DNA of 64,000 nucleotides, taken from NCBI GenBank assembly GCA_965644495.1, contig CBFFSA010000001.1:1-64000 (forward strand). Direction: 5' to 3'. Each line of letters starts with the position of its first letter. Positions within the stretch are counted from its first letter, which is position 1. The DNA is from Perkinsela sp. CCAP 1560/9. Lineage: Eukaryota; Protista; Euglenozoa: Kinetoplastea. Made by a program: the position numbers and the translations under genes. This document shows positions 10,821 to 20,528 of this stretch, one piece after another. The notes beneath the pieces were generated by a model. The model was not told the DNA's origin. It saw only the letters and a program-made list of their open reading frames with translations, and ran no database searches.

Positions 10821-11660
10821 ATGTCAGACAATTCAGCGGAAGCAAGTCATTTTGCAAGTCATTTGCATCAAACAGAGGCACAGTGTCCCCCCAGCTACAG
10901 TAGTCGTCGAGGAAAAGTATTTGGAAGTATTTTTCCTCCGGAAATCGAACTGTCTCAATTTACAGCTGGATTGACAAATGCGCATCCATCTTGGAACTCA
11001 TCAACTCCTGCTTGCAAGTGGTCTGGAGTTCAGTGCAAAGATTCGACTAGACCAGAGGAAGTAACAAATATTGAATGGCACCGGCGTGAACTTCAAGGAA
11101 CTGCAAATTGGAAATACATGCCCCGATCGGTATGTTATCTAAACATATTTAAGAATCTTTTGACCGGCGAATTACCACTCGAACTTCTTCCACGCGAATT
11201 AGAATTTCTATACTTAGGTTCAAACAAGCTTGTTGGCTCCTTAGATGTAGAAAATCTTCCTGGTGCTACACTTGAGGCGTATTTATGGTCAAATTCATTT
11301 TGCAGCACGCTTGATTTGAGCATTCTGCCTCACAATCTCACAGAGCTTTCAGTTTCTCATAACGAGCTCTTTGGTTCCCTTAATATTTGCGCGTTACCAC
11401 ACTCAATGACGGATCTCATACTGAATCAGAATGCATTTACCGGTCGCGTTGATCTACGCCAACTTCCTCCTTCCATGAAAGTGCTCAGATTAAATAACAA
11501 TCAACTTGAGCACATAACAGGGCTGGAATCACTGCCACCGCAGTTGCAACGGCTAAGTGTTGAACAAAACAAGGAACTTGTAGGAGAGTTTAATAAGGCA
11601 TTATTTCCTACATCTCTGAACGAATTTAATTTTCATGAGACCCTTTTGAAGCAAATGTAA
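10821..11660 (+). CDS. Leucine-rich repeat protein (24-aa LPxxLxxLxLxxNxFxGxLDL repeats)
   Basis: N-cap WNSSTPACKWSGVQC followed by ~7 LRRs. Confidence 0.9.
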   Translation: MSDNSAEASHFASHLHQTEAQCPPSYSSRRGKVFGSIFPPEIELSQFTAGLTNAHPSWNSSTPACKWSGVQCKDSTRPEEVTNIEWHRRELQGTANWKYMPRSVCYLNIFKNLLTGELPLELLPRELEFLYLGSNKLVGSLDVENLPGATLEAYLWSNSFCSTLDLSILPHNLTELSVSHNELFGSLNICALPHSMTDLILNQNAFTGRVDLRQLPPSMKVLRLNNNQLEHITGLESLPPQLQRLSVEQNKELVGEFNKALFPTSLNEFNFHETLLKQM

Positions 11661-11914
11661 AGCATACACTCTACGTCTACTAGAGGTAATCTACGTCTAC
11701 TAAGAGGTAATCGTTTCTCACTTGACAGGCTTTGATTATTAGACTTTCCTATTTCGATATTAGACATTTCGACGCTGTACTGGGAGTTGCATTAATAATT
11801 ATAAATATAAAAAATAAAACTTTTGTATTTATAATTATAATTATAATTATAAATAATTATGCAACTGGGCCTCTTGCTTTTTTACGAATGATACTACATG
11901 TACTACTACATGTA

Positions 11915-12103
11915 CTAACCCCCCCTGGTTATATACACATAATTATCTGTATGTAAAAGTTATAAGTGTAAGTGTATATATAAGCGAAAGTAGCTAATAT
12001 GTGTATATATAAGTGTTTATGTGTATATATAAGTGTAAGTGTATATATAACCGTAAGTGTATATATAACCGTAAGTGTATATATAAGCGAGGGGGAGGGT
12101 TAC
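11915..12103. mobile_element. MITE nested in the pogo 3' region
   Basis: Imperfect TIRs CTAACCCCCCCTGGTTATATACAC / GTGTATATATAAGCGAGGGGGAGGGTTAC, internal TAAGTGTATATATA repeats, TA flanks. Confidence 0.65.
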
Positions 12104-12217
12104 TACATGTCCGCGTTAGTGCCATCAGTGAGGCGGTAGTACCAGGTAAGACAACAAGGAGGTCCCGACCTAGCTTCCCGATTTTGAGTTCTGTCCAACG
12201 GACAGAAATAAAAAAAA

Positions 12218-14275
12218 TTAATTGACATTTGTGTCAACACCAAGCCATTGTTGGTCATCAAGTTCAATGGGAATATCCTCGAAATCATCCTCGGAATCCG
12301 TATTTTCGTCACTACTTAATGGGTGGTAGTCGTCGCTCAAGGGAAATAAGCGTCTTCGATTTCCCCATGCTTCAACCAAGTTGCGACGATCCTCCAACGT
12401 GCAACTAGTGATACCTACTTTTTCCCATGCTTTCTCATTTGCTTTGCGCTGCTCTGGGGAGCTCATGTATTCATATGCTTTATGAATCGAACGGAGAAGT
12501 TGTTCCTTACTTAAACGAGAACTCAGCTCCTTCGCGCTTCCAATCAATTCAGAATTTTGTCTCTTATACTTACAATACGACAGAAGAACCAACGTTCGTT
12601 CGTACCGTATTTTAGGTTTCAATCGATTAAAGATCCCCACATCGCATGGTTGAAGCACACTCGTGCATCGCGCAGGAACAAATACAATTCGGAGCCACGG
12701 AAATGCTCCGTTCGAATTACATTGGGAAATAATCTGTTCTTTGGTAGCGCTTGATGTATGAACACTGCAACAATCAATAAGCAGAATCATAGGCGTGTGA
12801 GTCGATAAATCCAGTTTTCCAACAATATTTTCATGATATGGCTGAAGAATGCGTGACAAAAATTCTTTGAATGCCCCTGTGCTAATGTAGTGACTTTCAG
12901 TTTGGTACTGAACCGTCGTGTCATACGTCTTCACGTGCGCACCCTTATAGGCTTCTTTTCCATTCCAGATCACGAATGGTGGAACCAAATCACCGCTTAA
13001 AGATGCAGCAGTTACAAGAGTTGCGCTTCGTTTGTCTCCTACTGCAATGCTATGCGCTTCTTGCCCCTGATATGTTAAGCCACGCTCCGCAAGAGAATTA
13101 TAGGCGACGGCAGTTTCGTCCATGTTAATTAGAAGAGGGGAAATAACCTTGTCGTTCCATTCTATGCCTACATAATAACATATACGCAGTAGCATATCTC
13201 GCGCAAGGTCGTTTAAATTTGTTGGTAGAGCGCCTTCGGGTGTATTTCTTGTCGATTTCATTGAAATATCCATTTTCGACAGCCACCGGATGAAGGTATG
13301 ATAGGATGGTATAAACGTTTCTTCATCTTTTACCTTGGCACCAGATCTAACTTTGTCTACGAGATGTTTCGTTAGATAATCAATGTCGTCAGAATCGTGC
13401 ATGATTGCTTCACGTGTAATTGCCCAGAGCAGGTTCTTACCTACAGGAATTCCGTAAAATATTAGCTCATTCAATAGCCTGCGAATGAGGGGTTCATAGA
13501 ATGACAACATGCTTGGTCGTTGGTTAGATGTATTCTTAGGAATTAAGGACTCGTCTCCGAGCTTCTCGCGTTTTTGCCACCAAAGACGAAGAATTTGATA
13601 TTCGATTTGTTCAGCAATGCTCGGATATACAGATTTCAGTTTTTTGCATAGGTTAGTGTAATGAGGAAACCGTCCTCCCCTCTTTGGGAGACGTACGAAG
13701 TAGTCTGATTGATGCATGAAATAATCCATGGAATCACACAGACAAATCTTCACGTTGGAGACGAATTGCTTCTTTACGCAATGTGACATTTCCACATGTT
13801 CAGAATCATCGTCTTCAGCGAGAGGAGCATCACTACTTTCATCACTCATTGAACGCGGCGCATCAACGCTTCGCGCCGTCCAACAAAAAGAAAACGAAAA
13901 TTGAAGCGACGTAGAATTATCGTCCCAGAATATTGGTATGCCGTCGCCGTTAAGACTAAATAAACCTCCATGAAATTTACATGCTATCATTTCACGCTCC
14001 TTGCGCTCCTCAATAATGAACTTGGTACGCTCTTCAAGCAATAAAGTTTCGACGTAACTGAGAAAAAGAGATTCATGCTCACTCGCAAATGATTGGAACA
14101 TATTTACAAAAAGTTCCTTAAAAAAAGAATTTTCCCCTCCATTTTCTAAGCAGGATGTAAGAAAACGCCGCTTTTTCTCCATCCATCGAGGAGGGGGTCG
14201 GCCGGATACGCTAGTAAATTGTTCAATGCTGCCTACGTTCTGATCTTGTCCCCTTTTCCCCTTCGGTCGTGACAT
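12218..14275 (-). CDS. pogo/DDE_1-type transposase, DD43D
   Basis: 685 aa, uninterrupted. INMDETAV, LLIDCCSVH, LQPCDVGIF; acidic C-terminal tail. Confidence 0.9.
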   Translation of the reverse strand: MSRPKGKRGQDQNVGSIEQFTSVSGRPPPRWMEKKRRFLTSCLENGGENSFFKELFVNMFQSFASEHESLFLSYVETLLLEERTKFIIEERKEREMIACKFHGGLFSLNGDGIPIFWDDNSTSLQFSFSFCWTARSVDAPRSMSDESSDAPLAEDDDSEHVEMSHCVKKQFVSNVKICLCDSMDYFMHQSDYFVRLPKRGGRFPHYTNLCKKLKSVYPSIAEQIEYQILRLWWQKREKLGDESLIPKNTSNQRPSMLSFYEPLIRRLLNELIFYGIPVGKNLLWAITREAIMHDSDDIDYLTKHLVDKVRSGAKVKDEETFIPSYHTFIRWLSKMDISMKSTRNTPEGALPTNLNDLARDMLLRICYYVGIEWNDKVISPLLINMDETAVAYNSLAERGLTYQGQEAHSIAVGDKRSATLVTAASLSGDLVPPFVIWNGKEAYKGAHVKTYDTTVQYQTESHYISTGAFKEFLSRILQPYHENIVGKLDLSTHTPMILLIDCCSVHTSSATKEQIISQCNSNGAFPWLRIVFVPARCTSVLQPCDVGIFNRLKPKIRYERTLVLLSYCKYKRQNSELIGSAKELSSRLSKEQLLRSIHKAYEYMSSPEQRKANEKAWEKVGITSCTLEDRRNLVEAWGNRRRLFPLSDDYHPLSSDENTDSEDDFEDIPIELDDQQWLGVDTNVN

Positions 14276-14401
14276 GCGAGTAAAACAAAAAGCTTAAAAC
14301 CAATTTATAATTATAAAAACACTCTGAAAGAATTATAAACCCTTAATAATTATAAATTTAGGATTTGTGCAAATTTATAATTATTAATGCAACTTACAGT
14401 A

Positions 14402-14826
14402 ATACGGCACAACAGAACGTCAAAGAAAGTATTCTTAAAAATTGCTTTTTAGAAGATAATGCCTCAAAAACTTGTTGACGAGTCAACCCAAACGATGCCA
14501 CTTCGTTGACAGTACGTTTACTGTCAACTACCTCAAATGAACAACGGGTTACTGGTCCTCTAGGGCGTTGGGTGAGAATACGGCCTCCTGCCCCTCGGGT
14601 AGGGCCTCTATAAAATCCTCTAGTGGTGCCCATCGTGAATTTTTTAGTGTCTCCGTTGGACATACGCTTACATAAGAAAAATAATAGCAGGTGGTAGAAT
14701 AGAGTAAAACATGCGCCGCGAAGCGGCGCAATTTTTTTTTCCCCTACTTTCTTAAAAATTTGCACCCCCCCTATTTAATTGTCCTTTTTCCCAAAAAGCG
14801 GTGACAATTAAGTAGGGGGGGTACAG
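14402..14826 (-). mobile_element. 5' end of an older pogo-like element, truncated by the pogo insertion
   Basis: TIR ...GTGACAATTAAGTAGGGGGGGTACAG|TA is related to the 32867-33328 MITE end. A short ORF contains the HTH-like SKRTVNEVASFGLTRQQVFEALSSKK and is cut at TA 14400. Confidence 0.6.
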
Positions 14827-14828
14827 TA

Positions 14829-17283
14829 TATTTATAAAAATTAATGAGAGAGGGTAGGTGGAAGGACGTGATATACAACACTTTAGCTGATAGGATGAAC
14901 CAATTTTTTTCGCTGTAAGGATAGATTGTGGGTAAACGAGGATAATAATTATGAGGTGATCATGACAAATATTTGCTTAAGCGCCCATACAGTATAATGA
15001 ACCTGAACCATAATAAAGGGAGGGCTAAGGTACAAAAGGTTGATCTGCACTTTCTGGAGAAATTTCTTCAAGATCCATTTCTTCGTCAGAATCTACAGCA
15101 GTGTTTTCACCGGAGAACTCGATAGAGCGTCTTGTAGCTTCCAATATATGCTCAGGCTTTGTCAAAGTTTCTCGTGAGATACTCTCCCCCTATCCTAGCG
15201 TTGCCTCAGTACCCCCCCTATCCTAGCGTTGCTTCTTAGACTGTCTCTTCAAGACTCTCTTGCCGCGAAGCGGCGATTTTTTTTTTGACCCCCCCTCCTA
15301 GCGTTGCTTTTTCCCAAAACCAGGCAACGCTAGGATAGGGGGGGGGGATAGTACCAACCTTTGTCCAAGATTGTATGTTGGCATGTTTTTGTTGAGAACT
15401 ATTGAGATTATCGTAGCCGCTTTGAGTGCTGTCGAGAAGTTGGCTTTTGCTAATTTTTGTCCCAGTAGAGCTGGTATCACCGATTCTTTGTGACCGAGCA
15501 TACAAATCTTGACAGTATTTTAGCAAACAAATTGTTCTGAAGTGCAATGCTTTTGATTTTAGACGGTTAAACAAACCGACGTCGCATGGCTGAAGACGAG
15601 AAGTGCATTTGGCGGGGACATAAACCACGCACAGCCATGAAAACAATTTTCCCGGACGGCAGTGATCGATAAATCTATTCCTCGTGGCTTTGGATACATG
15701 AACCGAACAGCAATCCAGAAGGAGAACCATCGCAGGCTTGCGGTCATCTTGTAGAATATGCTGCGTTTGACCATCATAGTAGGGTTTTAAAATACTTGAT
15801 ACATAGTTTAAGAGTGCTCCGGTGGAAATATAATGATTTTCCGTCTGATATTGCACCGTTTCATAGTAATGCCTGACTTTGGCATGTTTGCATGTCTCTT
15901 TCCCGTTCCAAACAACGAAGGGAGAAAGAAGTTTTCTTGAGAGAGATAAGCCAGCAAGCAATGTGCAGCTTCGTTTGTCAGCTAGGGAAATATTACCGGC
16001 CTTATTCCCTTTGTAGGAAGCTCCCCGCTCGGCCAGCTTATTATACGCAATTCCTGTCTCGTCTATATTAATAACAAGATCTTCGTTTAAAGTTCCATGT
16101 TGGGCATATGAAACATGATAAACGATTCGCAGGAGCATGTTGCGACCCTGATCCTCCCGATCCAAAGGAAGTGAAGGTTTATGTGTCCGTTTGATAGATT
16201 TCATAATTACATTAAATTGTCTCAACCATCTAACAAATGTGGGTTAAGACGGCGTCCGCATTTCTTGTCTTTCGCCTTGAACCTTTTTAAGCACTTCAAT
16301 CACGGGCGCTAAACGGGGAGAGTCATCGGGAGTAAGTAGGGATTCACAAGCTATTCTCCACAGATACGCCTTGCTGACTGGAATTCCAAAAAAGTGACAT
16401 TCAGAAATACTTTCTTTGATAAATTTTTCGAAGTGCTTTTTAAGCGATGGTCTGGCATTAGTTCCTGTCATGGCTATTAAGCCTTGGTCACCTTTTTCTT
16501 GGCGAAGTTTATGCCAGCCACTGATGTTCTGGTAGGATAATTAATCAGAGACGGAGGAAAACAAAAGCTTTATCTCTTTTTCTAAACGCCTAAAGTTTCT
16601 AAACGTCTAAAATTTGAAGACGTTGACACTAACCGGTCAATTGCATCACAAACGTTTATTTTTACACACACTGAAAGTTGCTTAGTGCGCTCTCTAAGGT
16701 TCTCTGAAGTTTGTATGTCAACGTTCAACTTTTCAGTATTTGGCGGTGTGTGCACCCAAGAAAATTGTAGATTGACATGGATTCTCCGTTTGTGAAAAAC
16801 ACGGGGCCAGATTCCTTAGTAGAAAACAATTCAGCGAACAGCAATGGCTGCAGCTGACACCAGCTAATTTTTCAGAGAAGAGCAATTTTTGCCGAGCCAA
16901 ACCTTCGGGTGACAGAATAACACTTATTGGTGATTCGTAAGAGGCTTTGACGGACACTTTATATTGCATATTATTGTATAAAAGGTAGACGGCCTTCTCA
17001 TGATCTTCCACGATTTGATTTCCAATAGAGCAGTGTTCCTGCCCCTTCGTCTCCACAAACGTGATTACGCGCTGATTTCGACGATTTTCTTCTTGATCAG
17101 CGATGCGCTGCGGGGAAAAATAAAAACCAAGACCCTGGTCCGAAGCGGGGTCCAAACGTTTCGGGAACATAGAAATAATGTACTTCAGAAAAATTTGAAA
17201 AGATATGACTCTGAACAAAATTATAAATTTTTGCGAAAAAATACCGAACGTCATTTATTAAAATTAATGAGAGGGGGTGTACG
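14829..17283 (-). pseudogene. Second, degenerate pogo DD43D element (transposase ~17170 to ~15025, with stops, frameshifts and a MITE insertion)
   Basis: ORF pieces 16733-17254, 16244-16471 and 15236-16225 line up with the intact transposase (INIDETGI, LLLDCCSVH, LQPCDVGLF). The frame resumes after the MITE as ISRETL...DSDEEMDLEE. Confidence 0.85.
15182..15351. mobile_element. MITE family A (CCTAGCGTTGC), 170 bp, inserted in the pogo pseudogene
   Basis: TIRs CT(C/A)TCCCCC..TATCCTAGCGTTGCC; TA duplication at 15180-81 and 15352-53. Confidence 0.9.
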
Positions 17284-17583
17284 TGAAACAGCATAGTAAG
17301 GGGCAGACGTTAGTTCTTAGTGCGCGCCCCCACGTTCCCCTTTTTCCATGTCGGGAACAAAGTACGTATAAAAAATCACACTCGTTGACGGGTCAACGAA
17401 GTAGAGACATAGCCTGGTTTTTTGCTACTATTTTTTATTCGAAAAAAGAAAAAAGAAAAGTGACATACCCACTTTTCCGAAATAGTCTTATCTCTGCACT
17501 ATAAGTGAATGAATATTAAGCTGGCATGTAGCCCTAGTTTCATTTTTTGATCCCCATGTCATGAGGATCGATTTAATTTACAT

Positions 17584-17785
17584 AAAAAACGACCCGTGAA
17601 CGGGTAGCCAGGGAAGTAAGAAAGGCTCGAAACAAGGCGCGAAGACGAATCGGTAGGCTGAAAGGATATCTTGTCCCGATGAGGCCGTTTCTCTTCGCTT
17701 TTCCGGGGATGATACCCCGAGCTTTTCCCTGTGTCGCCGTAGAAGGCGAAAAGGTCCGGAAGGGAGCGTTGACTGCGCCCACCCT
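17584..17785 (-). ncRNA. Candidate structured small RNA (unidentified)
   Basis: GC-rich intergenic island with at least six nested or adjacent stems. On the - strand it ends in a hairpin followed by TTTTTT. Confidence 0.35.
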
Positions 17786-18128
17786 TGCTGTATCTAAATA
17801 TCTCTGCAGGTCATGCCCTGCATGAAAAAACAGGTCTAATTGGTCAATTCTGATACTAGTAACGAAATTTTACAAAAAAATGTTATTTTTACGTGAAAAC
17901 GTGCAACTCACCATTCTCAGAATTGTGTCTCTTACTGTATTGTAGTAGAATGAAATTTACTTACTGTAGATTTTTTTTTGTAAACTGCAGAAAGGGTTCT
18001 CCGCTTATTTTTCAAACCGCAGTTTCGATCCACATACTTCAGCCCCTGCTGTAAGGTTTCTGGTCTGTAAATCCTTCTACTTAATAGAATCTCATTCGTC
18101 TTACTTTTGTACATGGATACATTATGAC

Positions 18129-20303
18129 ATGGCGCTGGATGACGTGATCGACAGCCCGTTTCCCTTACACTATGTCATACTGGGTGGACTCTACTCAAAG
18201 ACATCCAATTACTCTCGGTTTGACGCCAAAGAAGATTCTCGTAGAGGGGTTCACACCGTGTGGATTCCGGAAAGCCTTTTAAAAAACCAGAAAATTGTGC
18301 TAGCATGTACGCCTCCGCTCGTCAACAGTGCACACAAACGCCGTTCATGGCGCAATTTGTGGTCCGTGATGTCATATCGTCCGACAAGCCCGAAAAATTT
18401 CTTCTCTAATATGACCCAAAAGCGATGCAGAACGGCAACCGAAAACGTGGTTCCTTGGCAAGCTATCGAGGTGCCGATCGACGCCATCACGGGAATCGAC
18501 TATCACAACGCCCTTTTGCAGGGTAGGATTTGCTTCGAAATCGAGCGATATACCCTCCGCGAGTTTCCCTCCGAAGAAACCTTGTTTGCCTTTTATTGCC
18601 CATCCTCCGCGAAAATGACAGCGCCACTCACCAAGCCTCTGGGAAGAACAACCTGGCCCACCCACCCCCTCACGGAACCCAAACGCTATCGCTATGACAC
18701 CTTCTCACGCAGTCTCCCCGATTTCGACAACCCCACCGATTTCTTCTGTGAACCCCATCGCAGCCCCACCTCACACAGCACAAACCAACACACCTCCGAA
18801 TCACCTCCGAAACCCAACCACTCTAACAAGCCCACCCAACCGGACACCACCACAAATCCCAATAGTACGGTTACCCAAAACACCCCTATTCTGGAATCCA
18901 CCCCACGTTATCCCCCAACCCTGTGTTGCACCTCCTCCCCTACAGTCTCCCCCAACCACGAATCTTTCCCCTCCCCTACGCTCTCCAAGGTCTCTACGTC
19001 GAAAGTCTCCCCTTCCTCCCCTACGATCCCCAAGGTCTCTACGTTAAACGTCTCCCCTGAAAAGACTTCCTCCCCTACGCTCTCTAAGACCTCTCCACCC
19101 CCTTCCACCCCTACGATCTCCAAGGCCTCTACGTCTAAGGCCTCCCCTTCCTCCCCTACGCTCTCTATGGTCTCTCCCCCCCCTGCCCCCCCTGCGCTCT
19201 CTAAGGTCTCTACGTCTAACGTCTCTACGTCTCAGGCCTCCCCTTCCCCCCCTCTACCCTCTAACGTCTCCACGTCTGTGGCTTCCCCTCCCCCCCCTCT
19301 ACCCTCTCACTTCTCTCCCCCCTCCACGGCCTCCCCCTCCCCCACGCTCCTCCAGCTCCACTTCCACGACCCCTCCCCCGCCCCCCTCCTCCTGCGCGCC
19401 CTCCTCCTGGCCCACGACCCCCACCCCGGCTCCCTCCTCGCCCTCCACCACGCCGGCCTCCCCCCCTGGACCCGCGCCCTCGCCCGCGCCGGCCTCCCCT
19501 ACCGCCCCGCCCTGCGCCACGCCGCCCACGCCCTGCTCGGGGTCTACCCCCTGCTCTCCCTGGGCTGCGGCCTCTACGACGTGTACGCCCGCGTGGGGGG
19601 CCGGGGGCTGGGCCGGGTGCTGCCCTACGGCAGGGCAGTGGTCGGGGGGCTGGGGAGGGTGGGGGCAGCGGTAGGGGAGGGGGGGGAGACGGTGGCGGGG
19701 TGGGGCAGGGGGGTGCTGGAGCCCGTGGTCGGGGGGGTGGTAGGGGTCGGGGGACCGTTGGAGGGGGTGGTGGAACAGGTGAGGGGGGTGGTGTGGGGGG
19801 TGTGGGCGGTGGGGTGGGTAGCGGTGAGGGTGGTGGGGGTTTTGGTGTATCTCCCCACGAGGGTGGCGGTGTTTCTGGTGTATTTTGTGTTTTACCCGAA
19901 TGTGTCGTTTTTGTGGGAGGAGGGGTCGAGTGGGGTGCGAAATGCGTCGAGTTCCATGCCGCTGTTGTGGAAGGTGTATGAGTTTTGGTTCACCGTGGCG
20001 CGTCCGGTGAAGAATATTGTCAAAGGTCTCTATGATGCGGTGCTTCACCTGGGACAGTACATTGTGCGACACCGGATCACGCTTCGGCATAGAATCGCAC
20101 GCTCCCAGCCACGAAATACGTTTTCTCGGTTCCTGCGGGACGTGGGGATGCCGTGTGTGTTGCTTCTGATCGGGACGTCCATCTTTGTGTCGGAAACCGT
20201 TGCGAGTTGCGTTGTAGTGGTGGCCGCGCTGGGGGTGTTCTTCACTGTTTCTTGGATGGTAAATAGGTTTCCTTCCCTGAATGGTAAAATGAAGAGGTTG
20301 TGA
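18129..20303 (+). CDS. Conserved hypothetical membrane protein with Ser/Pro repeats
   Basis: 724 aa. LHHAGLPPWTR..YRPALR..GLYDVY resembles a motif in an uncharacterised eukaryotic family. C-terminal TM segments. Confidence 0.65.
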   Translation: MALDDVIDSPFPLHYVILGGLYSKTSNYSRFDAKEDSRRGVHTVWIPESLLKNQKIVLACTPPLVNSAHKRRSWRNLWSVMSYRPTSPKNFFSNMTQKRCRTATENVVPWQAIEVPIDAITGIDYHNALLQGRICFEIERYTLREFPSEETLFAFYCPSSAKMTAPLTKPLGRTTWPTHPLTEPKRYRYDTFSRSLPDFDNPTDFFCEPHRSPTSHSTNQHTSESPPKPNHSNKPTQPDTTTNPNSTVTQNTPILESTPRYPPTLCCTSSPTVSPNHESFPSPTLSKVSTSKVSPSSPTIPKVSTLNVSPEKTSSPTLSKTSPPPSTPTISKASTSKASPSSPTLSMVSPPPAPPALSKVSTSNVSTSQASPSPPLPSNVSTSVASPPPPLPSHFSPPSTASPSPTLLQLHFHDPSPAPLLLRALLLAHDPHPGSLLALHHAGLPPWTRALARAGLPYRPALRHAAHALLGVYPLLSLGCGLYDVYARVGGRGLGRVLPYGRAVVGGLGRVGAAVGEGGETVAGWGRGVLEPVVGGVVGVGGPLEGVVEQVRGVVWGVWAVGWVAVRVVGVLVYLPTRVAVFLVYFVFYPNVSFLWEEGSSGVRNASSSMPLLWKVYEFWFTVARPVKNIVKGLYDAVLHLGQYIVRHRITLRHRIARSQPRNTFSRFLRDVGMPCVLLLIGTSIFVSETVASCVVVVAALGVFFTVSWMVNRFPSLNGKMKRL
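18960..19290 (+). repeat. Coding minisatellite (SPTLSKVSTSKVSP-type units)
   Basis: Repeated CTCCCCTACG(C/A)TCTC(C/T)AAGG(T/C)CTCTACGTC blocks. Confidence 0.85.
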
Positions 20304-20528
20304 GAGTGGATTTTAGCTTCCTTCTTTCGTGTATGAATGTATACAATATTATAAAACTAGAAACTGTCATCGGTTACCGTGGCTATTATTTCTTAAACGC
20401 ACCAGTTTTACACACGGTTACGGTTTTCTTGTATGAAATCTTTGGTCTTTAGTTGGGAGACTGGGAAGGCAGACATCTGGCGCGAGAACATTGTTCCCGA
20501 GATAATGAGGTGATGGGATTAGGGTAAG

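Larger units (their letters stand above)
11780..14399 (-). mobile_element. Full-length pogo-family DNA transposon, 2620 bp
   Basis: TIRs CTG(GG/TA)AGTTGCATTAATAATTATAAAT at 11780 and, inverted, ending 14399. TA on both sides. Encloses an intact transposase ORF. Confidence 0.85.

Noticed and set aside
17600-17770. Hammerhead or HDV/Pr77 ribozyme, or SRP RNA
   Set aside because: The hammerhead core is CCGATGA with no stem I, no P1 partner exists for an HDV fold, and the SRP-like loop lacks helix 6 and the long 3' arm.
19299-20090. Long antisense ORFs (also 1933-2535, 4465-5160, 5129-5711)
   Set aside because: Shadows of GC-rich or repetitive sense CDSs that lack stop codons.
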